Positions 1-8,209 of a stretch of 64,000 nucleotides of DNA are shown here, piece after piece. Each line of letters starts with the position of its first letter. The stretch's first letter is position 1. The translations under genes and the position numbers were made by a program. A model generated the notes under the pieces. It searched no databases and was not told where the DNA came from. It saw only the letters and a list, made by a program, of their open reading frames with translations. The stretch is from a virus: positions 28,089 through 92,088 of the IMG/VR virus record IMGVR_UViG_3300025093_000002; one strand, written 5' to 3'.

Positions 1-99
1 CGCAGTGCGATAGGTCGCCATGTCCGCCAGTCGATAAGTCTCGCCGCATTTCAGCATCTGCCTTCGCCGCCCTCTTCTTTGCCGCCGCTCTTTGCCTGA

Positions 100-585
100 T
101 TACCGTGCTGGCCGTAGATATCGCCCGTCTGCCGCCCGCCTCTTTCGATGCGCAGCAACGCCGTGCATCACCGTCGTGTGGTCTTTGCCGCCAAGCCGAT
201 GACCGACCTGAGGCAGCGAGAACCGCGTCTGGCGGATGGCCCAATACATGATTGCGTGCCGGGCCTTCACGACCTGTCTGTTGCGCCGCTCGGATATGAT
301 TTCGGCCGGGTGAACTCCGAACACCTTGCAGATGCGGGCCATGATGATGGCAATGCGCTGGTTCTGTGCGCCGTAGCTGAAGCGCTGGAGAACCGCGCTT
401 GCTTGCTGCGCTTCCATGGCCGCCATCTTGCGACGGGCTGCGATGCGCTCCATCTCCGCGACTTCCGAGCGCATCATGACGACGGCCGGCAGCTCGCGCT
501 TGGCGACTGGCTCCATTTCGCGCTGCGGGTTCGATACCTTGAAGCGCGCATTCGCCATGGTCTTGGATGAACTGACTGCGAACAT
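100..585 (-). CDS. DnaA C-terminal-like HTH protein
   Basis: SLPQVGHRLGGKDHTTVMHG motif; near-identical copy at 50865-51350; start MFAVSS. Confidence 0.8.
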   Translation of the reverse strand: MFAVSSSKTMANARFKVSNPQREMEPVAKRELPAVVMMRSEVAEMERIAARRKMAAMEAQQASAVLQRFSYGAQNQRIAIIMARICKVFGVHPAEIISERRNRQVVKARHAIMYWAIRQTRFSLPQVGHRLGGKDHTTVMHGVAAHRKRRAADGRYLRPAR

Positions 586-590
586 ACTCG

Positions 591-959
591 TTACCCCTGT
601 GCTGCTATCGGCCCGAGCAGCTTGCGCACCTGAGCGCGCCGCGCGGCCATCTGTTCTTCGGTGAGTTGTGGAATGTCTTCGGATGCCTCTTTCTCGGCTT
701 CCGTGGGCGGGTTCTTCATGGCGAACTCCTGCCGGCGCGCTTCCTTGGCGAACTCTGCCGTGGAAGGCGCATAGCGGAGCGTATCGCCCGGAACTTCGCC
801 GCGAATGTATCGGCGGCACGTCTCGATGACGGCGCTCTGGTCGATGCCCTTCACTGCGATTTCAAACGCCATGAGCAATCCCTTCGGGTCAGTGTCTTTG
901 GATAGGGGCCGTGAGTTCAAAAGGAGCAGGAGCGCTTTCGCGGCTGTGTCCATAGCCAT
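591..959 (-). CDS. Putative helicase loader/inhibitor-like replication protein
   Basis: Overlaps the end of the initiator-C-terminus gene; AVIETCRRY...APSTAEF pattern; GGAG RBS. Confidence 0.5.
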   Translation of the reverse strand: MAMDTAAKALLLLLNSRPLSKDTDPKGLLMAFEIAVKGIDQSAVIETCRRYIRGEVPGDTLRYAPSTAEFAKEARRQEFAMKNPPTEAEKEASEDIPQLTEEQMAARRAQVRKLLGPIAAQG

Positions 960-1284
960 TCTCCAGAAGGTCGTAGGCGGCGCCGAATACGCCTCGCGGG
1001 CGCTCGCGCTGGGTTGGTTCGGGTTCGTCCTCCCACCGGCCCTGATGCAGCCATGTGCGGGCGTGAGGGATGAATTGAGGGTCTTTGGCAGTGAGCGCCG
1101 GAAGCTGGCGGCGAAGGCCCTGAATGATGTCACTCGGGCTCGTGCCGCGCTTCATTTCCTTCTGCCACTCTGCCAATGCGGCGCGCTTGGCTACCCGGCG
1201 CGGATACAGGCTCCAGAACACGTCGAACGTGGCCTTTGCTTCTGCCTCTGCGTCTTCACGTGCAAATCGCTCGGCAAGTCCCAT
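889..1284 (-). CDS. Stand-alone C-terminal domain of phage replication initiator
   Basis: FDVFWSLYPRRVAK...FIPHARTWLHQGRWEDE signature with no N-terminal HTH. Confidence 0.65.
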   Translation of the reverse strand: MGLAERFAREDAEAEAKATFDVFWSLYPRRVAKRAALAEWQKEMKRGTSPSDIIQGLRRQLPALTAKDPQFIPHARTWLHQGRWEDEPEPTQRERPRGVFGAAYDLLENGYGHSRESAPAPFELTAPIQRH

Positions 1285-1305
1285 TGTTAAGACCTCATTA
1301 TCTGC

Positions 1306-1437
1306 TTAATCATCAATTACGTGGATGAAGGCGTAGAACCCGGCTAGGGCGCCCAACAAGTAGCTTTGGTTGCCGATCAGGATGCCGGAACAGAAGACGA
1401 CTATGGTGAGAGCGGCACGCTCTTTGCGGCGGGTCAT
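1306..1437 (-). CDS. Small membrane protein (43 aa)
   Basis: MTRRKERAALTIVVFCSGILIG...; ATGA-coupled to upstream ORF. Confidence 0.5.
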   Translation of the reverse strand: MTRRKERAALTIVVFCSGILIGNQSYLLGALAGFYAFIHVIDD

Positions 1438-1565
1438 CGAGTACGAGCCGCTTCAGCAAAGGCGTGGATGACCTCGAATGACACCGCCATGCAGGTCCAC
1501 GCGAAAGCGCCGGCCAGACCCAAACAGAACGCACCAATCGCGAACTCAAGGAGCTTGCTTCTCAT
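1434..1565 (-). CDS. Small membrane protein (43 aa)
   Basis: MRSKLLEFAIGAFCLGLAGAFAW...; ATGA-coupled. Confidence 0.5.
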   Translation of the reverse strand: MRSKLLEFAIGAFCLGLAGAFAWTCMAVSFEVIHAFAEAARTR

Positions 1566-1759
1566 CGCGCGCCCCTTTGCCGACGCGCATGGTCGTCGCG
1601 CATAATCTGGTTCAGTTTCTCGACCTGCCTCGCCTCGTCAGGCTCCCATAGAGCGGAGGCTAAGGGCTGGTACCAAGGCCAGTGCCCGTAAAGAGCGCGG
1701 ACCCAACAACATCCGAAAAGAACCGCCGGCGCCGTGATAAGGATAAGCAACCCAATCAT
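1562..1759 (-). CDS. Small membrane protein
   Basis: N-terminal hydrophobic helix; ATGA-coupled. Confidence 0.55.
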   Translation of the reverse strand: MIGLLILITAPAVLFGCCWVRALYGHWPWYQPLASALWEPDEARQVEKLNQIMRDDHARRQRGAR

Positions 1760-1980
1760 CGGCCTGCCTCGTCGTCTGCTAAGAGCGGCGCTCCGGGAGC
1801 GTAGATCGGTGCGCGCTCGACGCTGGCATCGACGACAGCGAACACGACCAGAACCGCGACAATCAACATCCCAAGCAGCATCGGCATGAACATCGCTTCA
1901 GCAGCCTTCTCGGCTCGCTTGCTGCGTTCAAGGCGCTCGATTAGCTCTTGGGTTGTGAGATGGCTTAGATCGGTTCTCAT
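1756..1980 (-). CDS. Small membrane protein
   Basis: Single TM segment; ATGA-coupled. Confidence 0.55.
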   Translation of the reverse strand: MRTDLSHLTTQELIERLERSKRAEKAAEAMFMPMLLGMLIVAVLVVFAVVDASVERAPIYAPGAPLLADDEAGR

Positions 1981-2318
1981 AACGGCGCCTCATCGTCAGG
2001 CGTCATGGGCCGGCGCGGAGCCTTTTCCCAATCAAGGATGAGCTGCGCTCGCTCTTCCCCGGTCATCTTTGAAGAACCGGGCAGCCAATCGAAATGGACG
2101 CGCTGAACACCCTTCTCCAACCACATGTAAGCCACCTTCCGGCCAACAGGCCCGAGCATGTTTCGGAACGCCGTCAGCATGTAATTCAGGTCAGTGATTT
2201 TGCGCCGCAGCATCAACTCTTGCGCTTCGAGTCTTTCAACCTTGAGTTCCAGCCGCTCGATTTCTAAACTCATATCGACAAGCGTATCGACTACCTGGGT
2301 GTTTTGCTCGTAGCTCAT
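1977..2318 (-). CDS. Hypothetical phage protein
   Basis: Coupled ORF in early operon. Confidence 0.6.
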   Translation of the reverse strand: MSYEQNTQVVDTLVDMSLEIERLELKVERLEAQELMLRRKITDLNYMLTAFRNMLGPVGRKVAYMWLEKGVQRVHFDWLPGSSKMTGEERAQLILDWEKAPRRPMTPDDEAPL

Positions 2319-2623
2319 GCCTGCCTCGCTTTAGTCATGGCCGCGTAGACGCGGCGGATGGTTTCTGAGGGTGACGGGTAGTCGGCAAACGGCGTGATGG
2401 CGGTTACGCCATTCTCGCGCATCACGTTCATCGCTTCCTCTAAGCCGGCGAGAACCATCGCGTCGGTCGGCTTGTCATGAAGCGTCGCCGAGATCGGGGC
2501 GAAATCGTAGTAGTGCGCGCTGGGAAGCTGCCCCTTCCTAACGTCGTCCTTGTGTCCGCTGCCGCCACAATACGGGCACGACATGCCGACATCGTTCCCG
2601 TCGGGTGATAGACTGGTTCTCAT
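2315..2623 (-). CDS. Hypothetical protein with CPYCGGSG zinc-finger motif
   Basis: Same motif recurs in 52329-52670. Confidence 0.6.
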   Translation of the reverse strand: MRTSLSPDGNDVGMSCPYCGGSGHKDDVRKGQLPSAHYYDFAPISATLHDKPTDAMVLAGLEEAMNVMRENGVTAITPFADYPSPSETIRRVYAAMTKARQA

Positions 2624-2874
2624 TTTTCGCCCTCAGTAGAGAGAGCCGCGTCGACCATATGGGTGTAGATGCCCGTCCAATCGTCTGCGGTCTTTAACGA
2701 TGCATAGCCGGAAGCAATCATCTCGGACGTGGGCTCGCGCATCGCCTTTATCGCGGCTCGGGCAAGTCGCAACTCAAGGCGTTCATTGCCCTTGAGATGA
2801 TGGGCTAAAGCGCCGAAGTTCTTGCCTTCTTCCAAAATGGCCTTGCCGACCTTCTCAACCATGCCTTGGTTCAT
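2620..2874 (-). CDS. Hypothetical phage protein
   Basis: GKAILEEGKNFGALAHHLKGNERLE shared with 52329-52670. Confidence 0.6.
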   Translation of the reverse strand: MNQGMVEKVGKAILEEGKNFGALAHHLKGNERLELRLARAAIKAMREPTSEMIASGYASLKTADDWTGIYTHMVDAALSTEGEK

Positions 2875-3176
2875 GCCGCCCTCTCCTGCTCTGAAGCCAC
2901 CTGAACGGCCCAATCGATTGCGTCCTGCGCGCTGCGAAGAATGACCACGTCAGGTCCGCGCCATTTGTCCGCGAACGCCTGCTGGTTCTCGTTCAGCTTC
3001 TTCCCGTAGCCTTTGGCGCTCGACTTCACCTCGACAGGCCAGCAGCGGCCACGGAAGCCCACCAAGGCGTCAACAGGCCGGTCCAGCGGCTCGACGCTGA
3101 ACCCGCACTGGCGCAGCGCCGCGAAGACTTCCTTCTCGGCAACGTCACGGCGCTTGGCGTAGCGGTTCAGGCTCAC
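2871..3176 (-). CDS. Small PD-(D/E)xK endonuclease (VRR-NUC/resolvase-like)
   Basis: PVDALVG...VEVK motif; occupies the slot of RusA in prophage B. Confidence 0.65.
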   Translation of the reverse strand: MSLNRYAKRRDVAEKEVFAALRQCGFSVEPLDRPVDALVGFRGRCWPVEVKSSAKGYGKKLNENQQAFADKWRGPDVVILRSAQDAIDWAVQVASEQERAA

Positions 3177-3227
3177 TCGTCGTTCTCCGTCATTTCGGGG
3201 CAGATCCATGCAGCGAGGCCAGCAGCC

Positions 3228-3623
3228 TTATCTCGCAGCCAGATCGCAATCTTCATCCGCCGTTCGACGCTCAAGAAGCGCACGATAACGGGCGGTCTGT
3301 TCAATGAATGCGGCATGGTCTTTCCTCGCTCTTGAGAGTTTCGCGCGATTGGCTTTCGCCACCTCAGCCGCCCTGTGAAGTTCAAGCATTTCCCGAAATT
3401 CGACGTGCGCGGCTTCCTTGTGCCAGAAGCTTCGGACGCGCCGTTCGGTCCATTGTTTCCGTGGGTCATTGCGGTAGGGGAAAAGCTTGGCGAGCAGCTC
3501 GTAAGCCGTGCCGATGGTGGCTTTGACGTTGCCGCCACCGCCGATTTCCCTGACGTATGACCGTGCCATAGCTACGTCGTGCATGTGCTTCTGCTCGTCC
3601 GTAAACGCGGGTGACTTGTCCAT
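3228..3623 (-). CDS. CII-like/HTH transcription regulator
   Basis: WTERRVRSFW helix; positional counterpart at 53937-54311. Confidence 0.45.
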   Translation of the reverse strand: MDKSPAFTDEQKHMHDVAMARSYVREIGGGGNVKATIGTAYELLAKLFPYRNDPRKQWTERRVRSFWHKEAAHVEFREMLELHRAAEVAKANRAKLSRARKDHAAFIEQTARYRALLERRTADEDCDLAAR

Positions 3624-3978
3624 GATTGCGGGCGTCCTTTCGGTCCATGTTGCTGTTCATGAGCAACACGCCTGACGAAAGGAAGACTGACGTGGATACC
3701 TTCGGACGAGACGCGCGAGACCTGCCTGCAAGCGATGACGCGCGCCGTTCCGGTGAAATGGCTGCCGGGGCCATAGAAACGCCGGCTGTAATTCTGGACT
3801 GGCATTACGCCAGATCGCCTTTCGCTATGGAGCTTGCTCGCGAGAGGCTTGGTTTGCTTGGCACCGCCGCGCCGAGCACAGGAGACGGAACCGACATGTG
3901 GTCCCAGTACGGTTCCGTCTCCGCCCCTGCTCCGGTCGCCGCAAACTGCAATAGGCGTCTGTGGGTGGTGCGCTGATG

Positions 3979-4611
3979 TCATGCTGCGACCTCGAACAGG
4001 TCTGCCTTGACGTTGCTGCCCCACTGGTCGGCCATAGCCGCAGCAATGCCGGCGAACGTCTCGGAGCGGAGCTTCTTACGGTCAGCGGAAGGAGGCATAC
4101 GGAAGACACGCTGCTCACGGCCCTCGACAACATTGGTCGGGACGAGCGCCGGAAGATTTTTCAGCCAGAGGCTGGTGGCCTTAGTCTCACCATGACCAAA
4201 CTGCCATGGTTGGATTGTCTGCGTCGGGTCCGGGATGCCAAACAGCCGCTTAGGATGCCCAAGCATGATGGGGTTCTCGACCGCGATGCGCGGGATTGGA
4301 GCGTTCCAGAGCAGCATGAAGAACTGCGCAGCCGCACCCATCTTAGCCCATCGGTCGGCTTCCGGGCCATTGTCCTTGTTCATGCCCGCGTAGAGATGCT
4401 TGGCCCCGCTGTTGGCGAGGTAGGTGCATTCTGGGTGGGCAATCATCAAATCCCAGCGCTGCCCATAGGCAGCGGCTATCGCATCGCCATGAATGTGGAA
4501 CTGGCTGCCGTCATCGGCCGGTTGGATATCGCAGGACCAGGCGTCGTGGCCACGCTCACGAAAAGCGCGGCGGACAGCACCCGAACACTCGCAGGCGACG
4601 AGAACACGCAT
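3979..4611 (-). CDS. Phage DNA cytosine methyltransferase-like protein
   Basis: MRVLVACECSG SAM-binding start, AHPEC catalytic motif, VENP motif. Confidence 0.75.
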   Translation of the reverse strand: MRVLVACECSGAVRRAFRERGHDAWSCDIQPADDGSQFHIHGDAIAAAYGQRWDLMIAHPECTYLANSGAKHLYAGMNKDNGPEADRWAKMGAAAQFFMLLWNAPIPRIAVENPIMLGHPKRLFGIPDPTQTIQPWQFGHGETKATSLWLKNLPALVPTNVVEGREQRVFRMPPSADRKKLRSETFAGIAAAMADQWGSNVKADLFEVAA

Positions 4612-4830
4612 TCAGACAGCCCCCGCCCTACGCGCCACGTCTTCAGGGCTGCGCATGGTGTAGCGAACGGCGTGGTATTCATCGCCGCTGAGCTCGATGT
4701 AGCCGGGACGCGCGCTCTGACGGGGCTTCTTCCAAGCGGTGAACGCCTTGCGGGCTTCCCAGCCAATCATGGCCGCGCCGATAGAAACGCAGACGAGCAA
4801 CCAGACGATTTCGTTGAAGTGCTGTTCCAT
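4612..4830 (-). CDS. Small membrane protein
   Basis: TM helix; C-terminus near-identical to 55381-55629. Confidence 0.6.
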   Translation of the reverse strand: MEQHFNEIVWLLVCVSIGAAMIGWEARKAFTAWKKPRQSARPGYIELSGDEYHAVRYTMRSPEDVARRAGAV

Positions 4831-5094
4831 CTACTCGCCCTCGTTTTCGTAAGGTGCGTTCCAGCCGGGTATCTGGCGGGCTTTGCTGCCGGAGGTGATG
4901 CGTTCGTGCGCGTCTCGGATGTCGCCGTCCCATTCGCGCGATGCTGCGATGATGCTCTCGCACCGGTTGCGCTCTGCCTGGATAGCCTTGGCGATAGCTT
5001 CGAGAACATCGGCCTTGAACGGCGCGCGTTGGGGCATGGCCTCTACAGCGGCAGCAGCGGTTGTCAGGATATCGGCGGGCATGTTCTTGAGCAT
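4831..5094 (-). CDS. Hypothetical phage protein
   Basis: AIAKAIQAERNRC pattern; abutting ORFs. Confidence 0.55.
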   Translation of the reverse strand: MLKNMPADILTTAAAAVEAMPQRAPFKADVLEAIAKAIQAERNRCESIIAASREWDGDIRDAHERITSGSKARQIPGWNAPYENEGE

Positions 5095-5298
5095 CTACTC
5101 GTCCTCGCCTTTGAGCTGCTTGTGAACGCGGTTGCGCTCGGCAAGGATGGCCGCGACGGCAACACGAACCAGAGGCGTCTTATCGTGTCCGCCAAGACGT
5201 ATGCGGTCGTGGGTTTTGAAGTCGTCCGGTGGCGGGCATCCAATGACGGCTTCACGGGCGGCACACAAAACTGCTGCGTCAACTCGTTCGTCGCTCAT
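5095..5298 (-). CDS. Hypothetical phage protein
   Basis: MSDER start shared with the 55633-55812 counterpart. Confidence 0.55.
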   Translation of the reverse strand: MSDERVDAAVLCAAREAVIGCPPPDDFKTHDRIRLGGHDKTPLVRVAVAAILAERNRVHKQLKGEDE

Positions 5299-5534
5299 AT
5301 GGTCGCTCCATGAAGACGGGTCGCGGCACGGACTTGGGGTTGGTTTTCGAGGAACGTCCGAGCCATGCCGCTCATCGAAGGCGCACAGGACGAGAGAAGA
5401 TCGCGCGAGTGTTCACGCCCTTCGATGTTGAGATTTGCGCCCCTGACGACCTGGAGGAGGAAGCCGCCAGGGGCATTCCACGTCGCCGGGAGGAGCGAGC
5501 GCGTGGATGGGTGATTGGTGTGGAGAGGCATGGG

Positions 5535-5831
5535 TCAGCGCTCCCCGGCTTCGGAGAGGATTGCTGCTGCAATGCGCTGGCCATGGCGATACCAGCTTGG
5601 TCCGAATGCATAGGCGTTAGTTTCCGGGCCTACACCCTCGGAGCGCGCTATCTCGGCCGCGCGCTTCATGCCTTCTGCGAAACAGCCGTTCAGATGACCT
5701 GCGATGTAGTCACGCATTTCGGCATGCGACATCGGTGCGCTCAAGACGTGCGCCATTTCACGCGCGAGTTCCGCCCTATCTTTGCTTGGGGTGCCGGTCA
5801 TGCGCTCGTTCCGGTCGGTGTTCTCGCTCAT
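5535..5831 (-). CDS. Hypothetical phage protein
   Basis: Homologous to 56232-56534 (MTGTP.KDRAE, FAEGMKRAAEIA). Confidence 0.6.
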   Translation of the reverse strand: MSENTDRNERMTGTPSKDRAELAREMAHVLSAPMSHAEMRDYIAGHLNGCFAEGMKRAAEIARSEGVGPETNAYAFGPSWYRHGQRIAAAILSEAGER

Positions 5832-6121
5832 GACGAGGCCTGTTCGATGGAGGGGGTATGAGCGGGAGGGGTGGGAAGAGGCATCCAGTGCGTGAATGTG
5901 TCGGCTTCGAAGTTGTCGCCAGCCTCATATGCTTCGGCGTAGCTATCGCGGACGTACGGGTCATAAGTGTCGTCAGGCCACACCCACAACTGCGCCTCAG
6001 CGTTCCATGCGACGAAGACGAGCGGCGACGAAGTGCCGAAAGTGGACGGCTCACGATAGGCCAAGATTGGCGTCCCGTTCTTCGGCGCGGTCTCAATCGG
6101 CTTCCAGGTGTTCTCGCTCAT
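5828..6121 (-). CDS. DUF551-like protein
   Basis: WKPIETAPK...THWMPLP signature. Confidence 0.75.
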   Translation of the reverse strand: MSENTWKPIETAPKNGTPILAYREPSTFGTSSPLVFVAWNAEAQLWVWPDDTYDPYVRDSYAEAYEAGDNFEADTFTHWMPLPTPPAHTPSIEQASS

Positions 6122-6161
6122 GCGATGGCTTCCTTTCCGGTAGTGGTGGGGAGGGAAATGC

Positions 6162-6596
6162 TCATGCGGCGTTCTGCTCAAAATCTTCCGATTGAACCGA
6201 ACCAGACCGATCGACGCCGCTTTCGAAGATCCACTGCCGAAATTGAGAAGGCTCAACGTGGGACTTGATGAACTCAAGCAAAGCGCGATCACGAGCGGAT
6301 TGCAGTTCTTCCCGCCGCGCGCGCTCAATGCGTCCGCGCTTATGGGTGATGAGTTGCAGCGCCGTTCTCTTATATTTGAGCGAACGCCTGGCACGAGCAG
6401 GCCACGTCGGGTCCGAGAAACGGCAGACGCCGAGAGCCTTCAACTCCAGCTCGTACTCAATCTCTGCGACGGCCGACTGGAGATAGGCATAGGCGTCGTT
6501 GCAGTCTTCGACTGTTTCGATTTCATCGACAGACCAACCAGCCGCGATTTCGATGTCGGGGATGAAGATGTCCTCGAGGTGCTGGCTCTCGCTCAT
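6162..6596 (-). CDS. Hypothetical phage protein
   Basis: Coupled ORF; occupies the slot held by the N6A/N4C methyltransferase in B. Confidence 0.6.
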   Translation of the reverse strand: MSESQHLEDIFIPDIEIAAGWSVDEIETVEDCNDAYAYLQSAVAEIEYELELKALGVCRFSDPTWPARARRSLKYKRTALQLITHKRGRIERARREELQSARDRALLEFIKSHVEPSQFRQWIFESGVDRSGSVQSEDFEQNAA

Positions 6597-7123
6597 GCTG
6601 CGGCTTCCCCTTGGCGTGTTGCGCGGGCGGGGTCCTGCTCATGAAGCGAGCTGATGTAATCCGGCAGTTTCCCGTCGCGAAGCAGGCGGCGGAACATCAC
6701 GCGGGCGGCGAGGCCATACCCGGCATGGGTCTGCGCTTTCGCGGAAATCTCGAACGTCTGGAGCGAGCCGTATCCGAGCTCGGCGTATGCACGTTCACGC
6801 CCGCCGAACTCTTCGACAAGCTCATCGAACGGGAGCTTGGGCGACGGGCCTTCGTCCTTCGGCAACCAAAACGGCTGCCGGCGCGATGCGTCGATGATGA
6901 ACTGCCAGATGGGCGGCGAGGACTTGAACCAACCACGCTCAATGCGGATCGGATCGAAGCACTGGAGAAGAATGGCTTCTCCGAGGAAAGCGCCCTTCAA
7001 CTGCAACATCATTTCGATGCCACCGGGAAGCCAAGTCCCCAAGGTCCGCTTGCGGGCATTCACGTCGGCAGATGCGCCGATGCGGATAGGTCCGCCATTC
7101 GTGGGCTGGGCGACGTAAATCAT
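6593..7123 (-). CDS. GIY-YIG/T5orf172-like protein
   Basis: MIYVAQ...PIRIGAS...R...E...GWF pattern. Confidence 0.55.
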   Translation of the reverse strand: MIYVAQPTNGGPIRIGASADVNARKRTLGTWLPGGIEMMLQLKGAFLGEAILLQCFDPIRIERGWFKSSPPIWQFIIDASRRQPFWLPKDEGPSPKLPFDELVEEFGGRERAYAELGYGSLQTFEISAKAQTHAGYGLAARVMFRRLLRDGKLPDYISSLHEQDPARATRQGEAAA

Positions 7124-7353
7124 GCCGCCACCGACCGACGCTTGGCCTCGTCCGCCTCAATCCAGTCCATAACGCGCTGGAAGCTCTCGATGCGAAAATT
7201 CCGGCCGTTCTTCACCTCGGCCAGAAACTTGCTGTCGTTGACGGCTTCTTTCGACATGCCCGAAAAGCTCAGGCCGTATCGACTTGCGTGCGCCTCCGCT
7301 CGTTCAAGGAGCTTCTGGCGGATGAGGTCGGAGGTGATGTGCTTCGTCTTCAT
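7120..7353 (-). CDS. cro: Cro-like repressor (prophage A)
   Basis: Small HTH divergent from cI with operators in between; probably leaderless. Confidence 0.7.
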   Translation of the reverse strand: MKTKHITSDLIRQKLLERAEAHASRYGLSFSGMSKEAVNDSKFLAEVKNGRNFRIESFQRVMDWIEADEAKRRSVAA

Positions 7354-7360
7354 AACCCCA

Positions 7361-7436
7361 TATGGCGGGACGCATCCCGAAAAGTCAAGGGACGCATCCC
7401 GCTACCGTCAAAATATTTTTCATGGGATGGAATCCC
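7361..7436. promoter_or_regulatory. OR-like operators of A and cro promoter
   Basis: GGGACGCATCCC at 7367-7378 and 7389-7400, GGGATGGAATCCC at 7424-7436; minus-strand TTGACT at 7383-7388. Confidence 0.75.
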
Positions 7437-7438
7437 GC

Positions 7439-8110
7439 ATGAATGACGCGATGCACAAACGAATCAAGGAACGGCTTGAAAGCCTTGGGATGTCCGCAGC
7501 GGCGGCTTCAAGGAAGGCCGGCCTGTCGCCCGACTTCATTCGGGACATGATGCGGAAAGGTGCTAGGCCAGGAGCGGAAAACCTCGCCAAGTTGGCGAAG
7601 ACGTTAAAAACGTCGCCCGAATATTTACTCCAAGGTAACGAGCCAACGCGGACCATAGACGTAGTTGGGATGCCGGTGATCGGGGTAATCGAGGCGGGGC
7701 AGTTTCGAGACATCACGCTCATCAATCAGGACGAAGAGTATCCGATGGTGAACGTCGTGCAGGACGATCGCTTTCCGCATGCTCGGCAATACGCGCTGAG
7801 GGTGAGCGGCGATTCGATGAACAAACTATTCCCGGATGGCAGCTACGCGATTTGCGCGGAGTTTGCCGATACTGGCATGCGCCTGAAGGACGGCCTGGTG
7901 CTGCACGTCGAGCGCTACATCGCAGGGACGCACCTCGTGGAGACGACGTTGAAGCAGGTCGAAAGCTCGAACGGAAAGCGCTTCCTTGCGCCGCGAAGCA
8001 CTAATCCTCGTCACAAGCCCGTCGAGATAACCGAAGACACCGACTTGTCCGAACTCAAGGTGCGCGGCCTCGTCATTGGCAGCTACACTCCCCAGCATTT
8101 CGGCTTCTGA
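7439..8110 (+). CDS. cI: CI-like repressor, HTH plus S24 autopeptidase (prophage A)
   Basis: N-terminal HTH; VSGDSM serine and TLKQ lysine dyad. Confidence 0.9.
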   Translation: MNDAMHKRIKERLESLGMSAAAASRKAGLSPDFIRDMMRKGARPGAENLAKLAKTLKTSPEYLLQGNEPTRTIDVVGMPVIGVIEAGQFRDITLINQDEEYPMVNVVQDDRFPHARQYALRVSGDSMNKLFPDGSYAICAEFADTGMRLKDGLVLHVERYIAGTHLVETTLKQVESSNGKRFLAPRSTNPRHKPVEITEDTDLSELKVRGLVIGSYTPQHFGF

Positions 8111-8113
8111 GCA

Positions 8114-8209
8114 TTGCGTCTAATTTTTAGACGGTAGATATACGGTCCTTATCTTTCTTCTCTAAGAGTTAGATATAGAGACCATATATCTTGCGTCTAA
8201 TTTTTAGAC
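8114..8209. repeat. Iteron-like repeats flanking an AT-rich tract (putative ori A)
   Basis: TTGCGTCTAATTTTTAGAC at 8114-8132 and 8191-8209, each internally palindromic. Confidence 0.65.

Noticed and set aside
3961-5313. Long plus-strand ORFs (also 22941-24308, 43717-45432, 54637-55827 and others)
   Set aside because: Antisense shadows of recognisable minus-strand genes in GC-rich DNA
6611-7438. 499-aa N-terminally extended repressor
   Set aside because: The extension overlaps cro and the GIY-YIG-like gene on the other strand and spans the operators; the HTH begins near 7439
1285-8196. Programmed excision that fuses the HTH and C-terminal initiator halves
   Set aside because: No direct repeats or recombination sites seen at the required positions, and the HTH ORFs end in their own stop codons
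8114-8209. Mini-CRISPR array (also considered for 59131-59172)
   Set aside because: Only two short repeats each, atypical spacing and no cas genes; context fits protein-binding iterons
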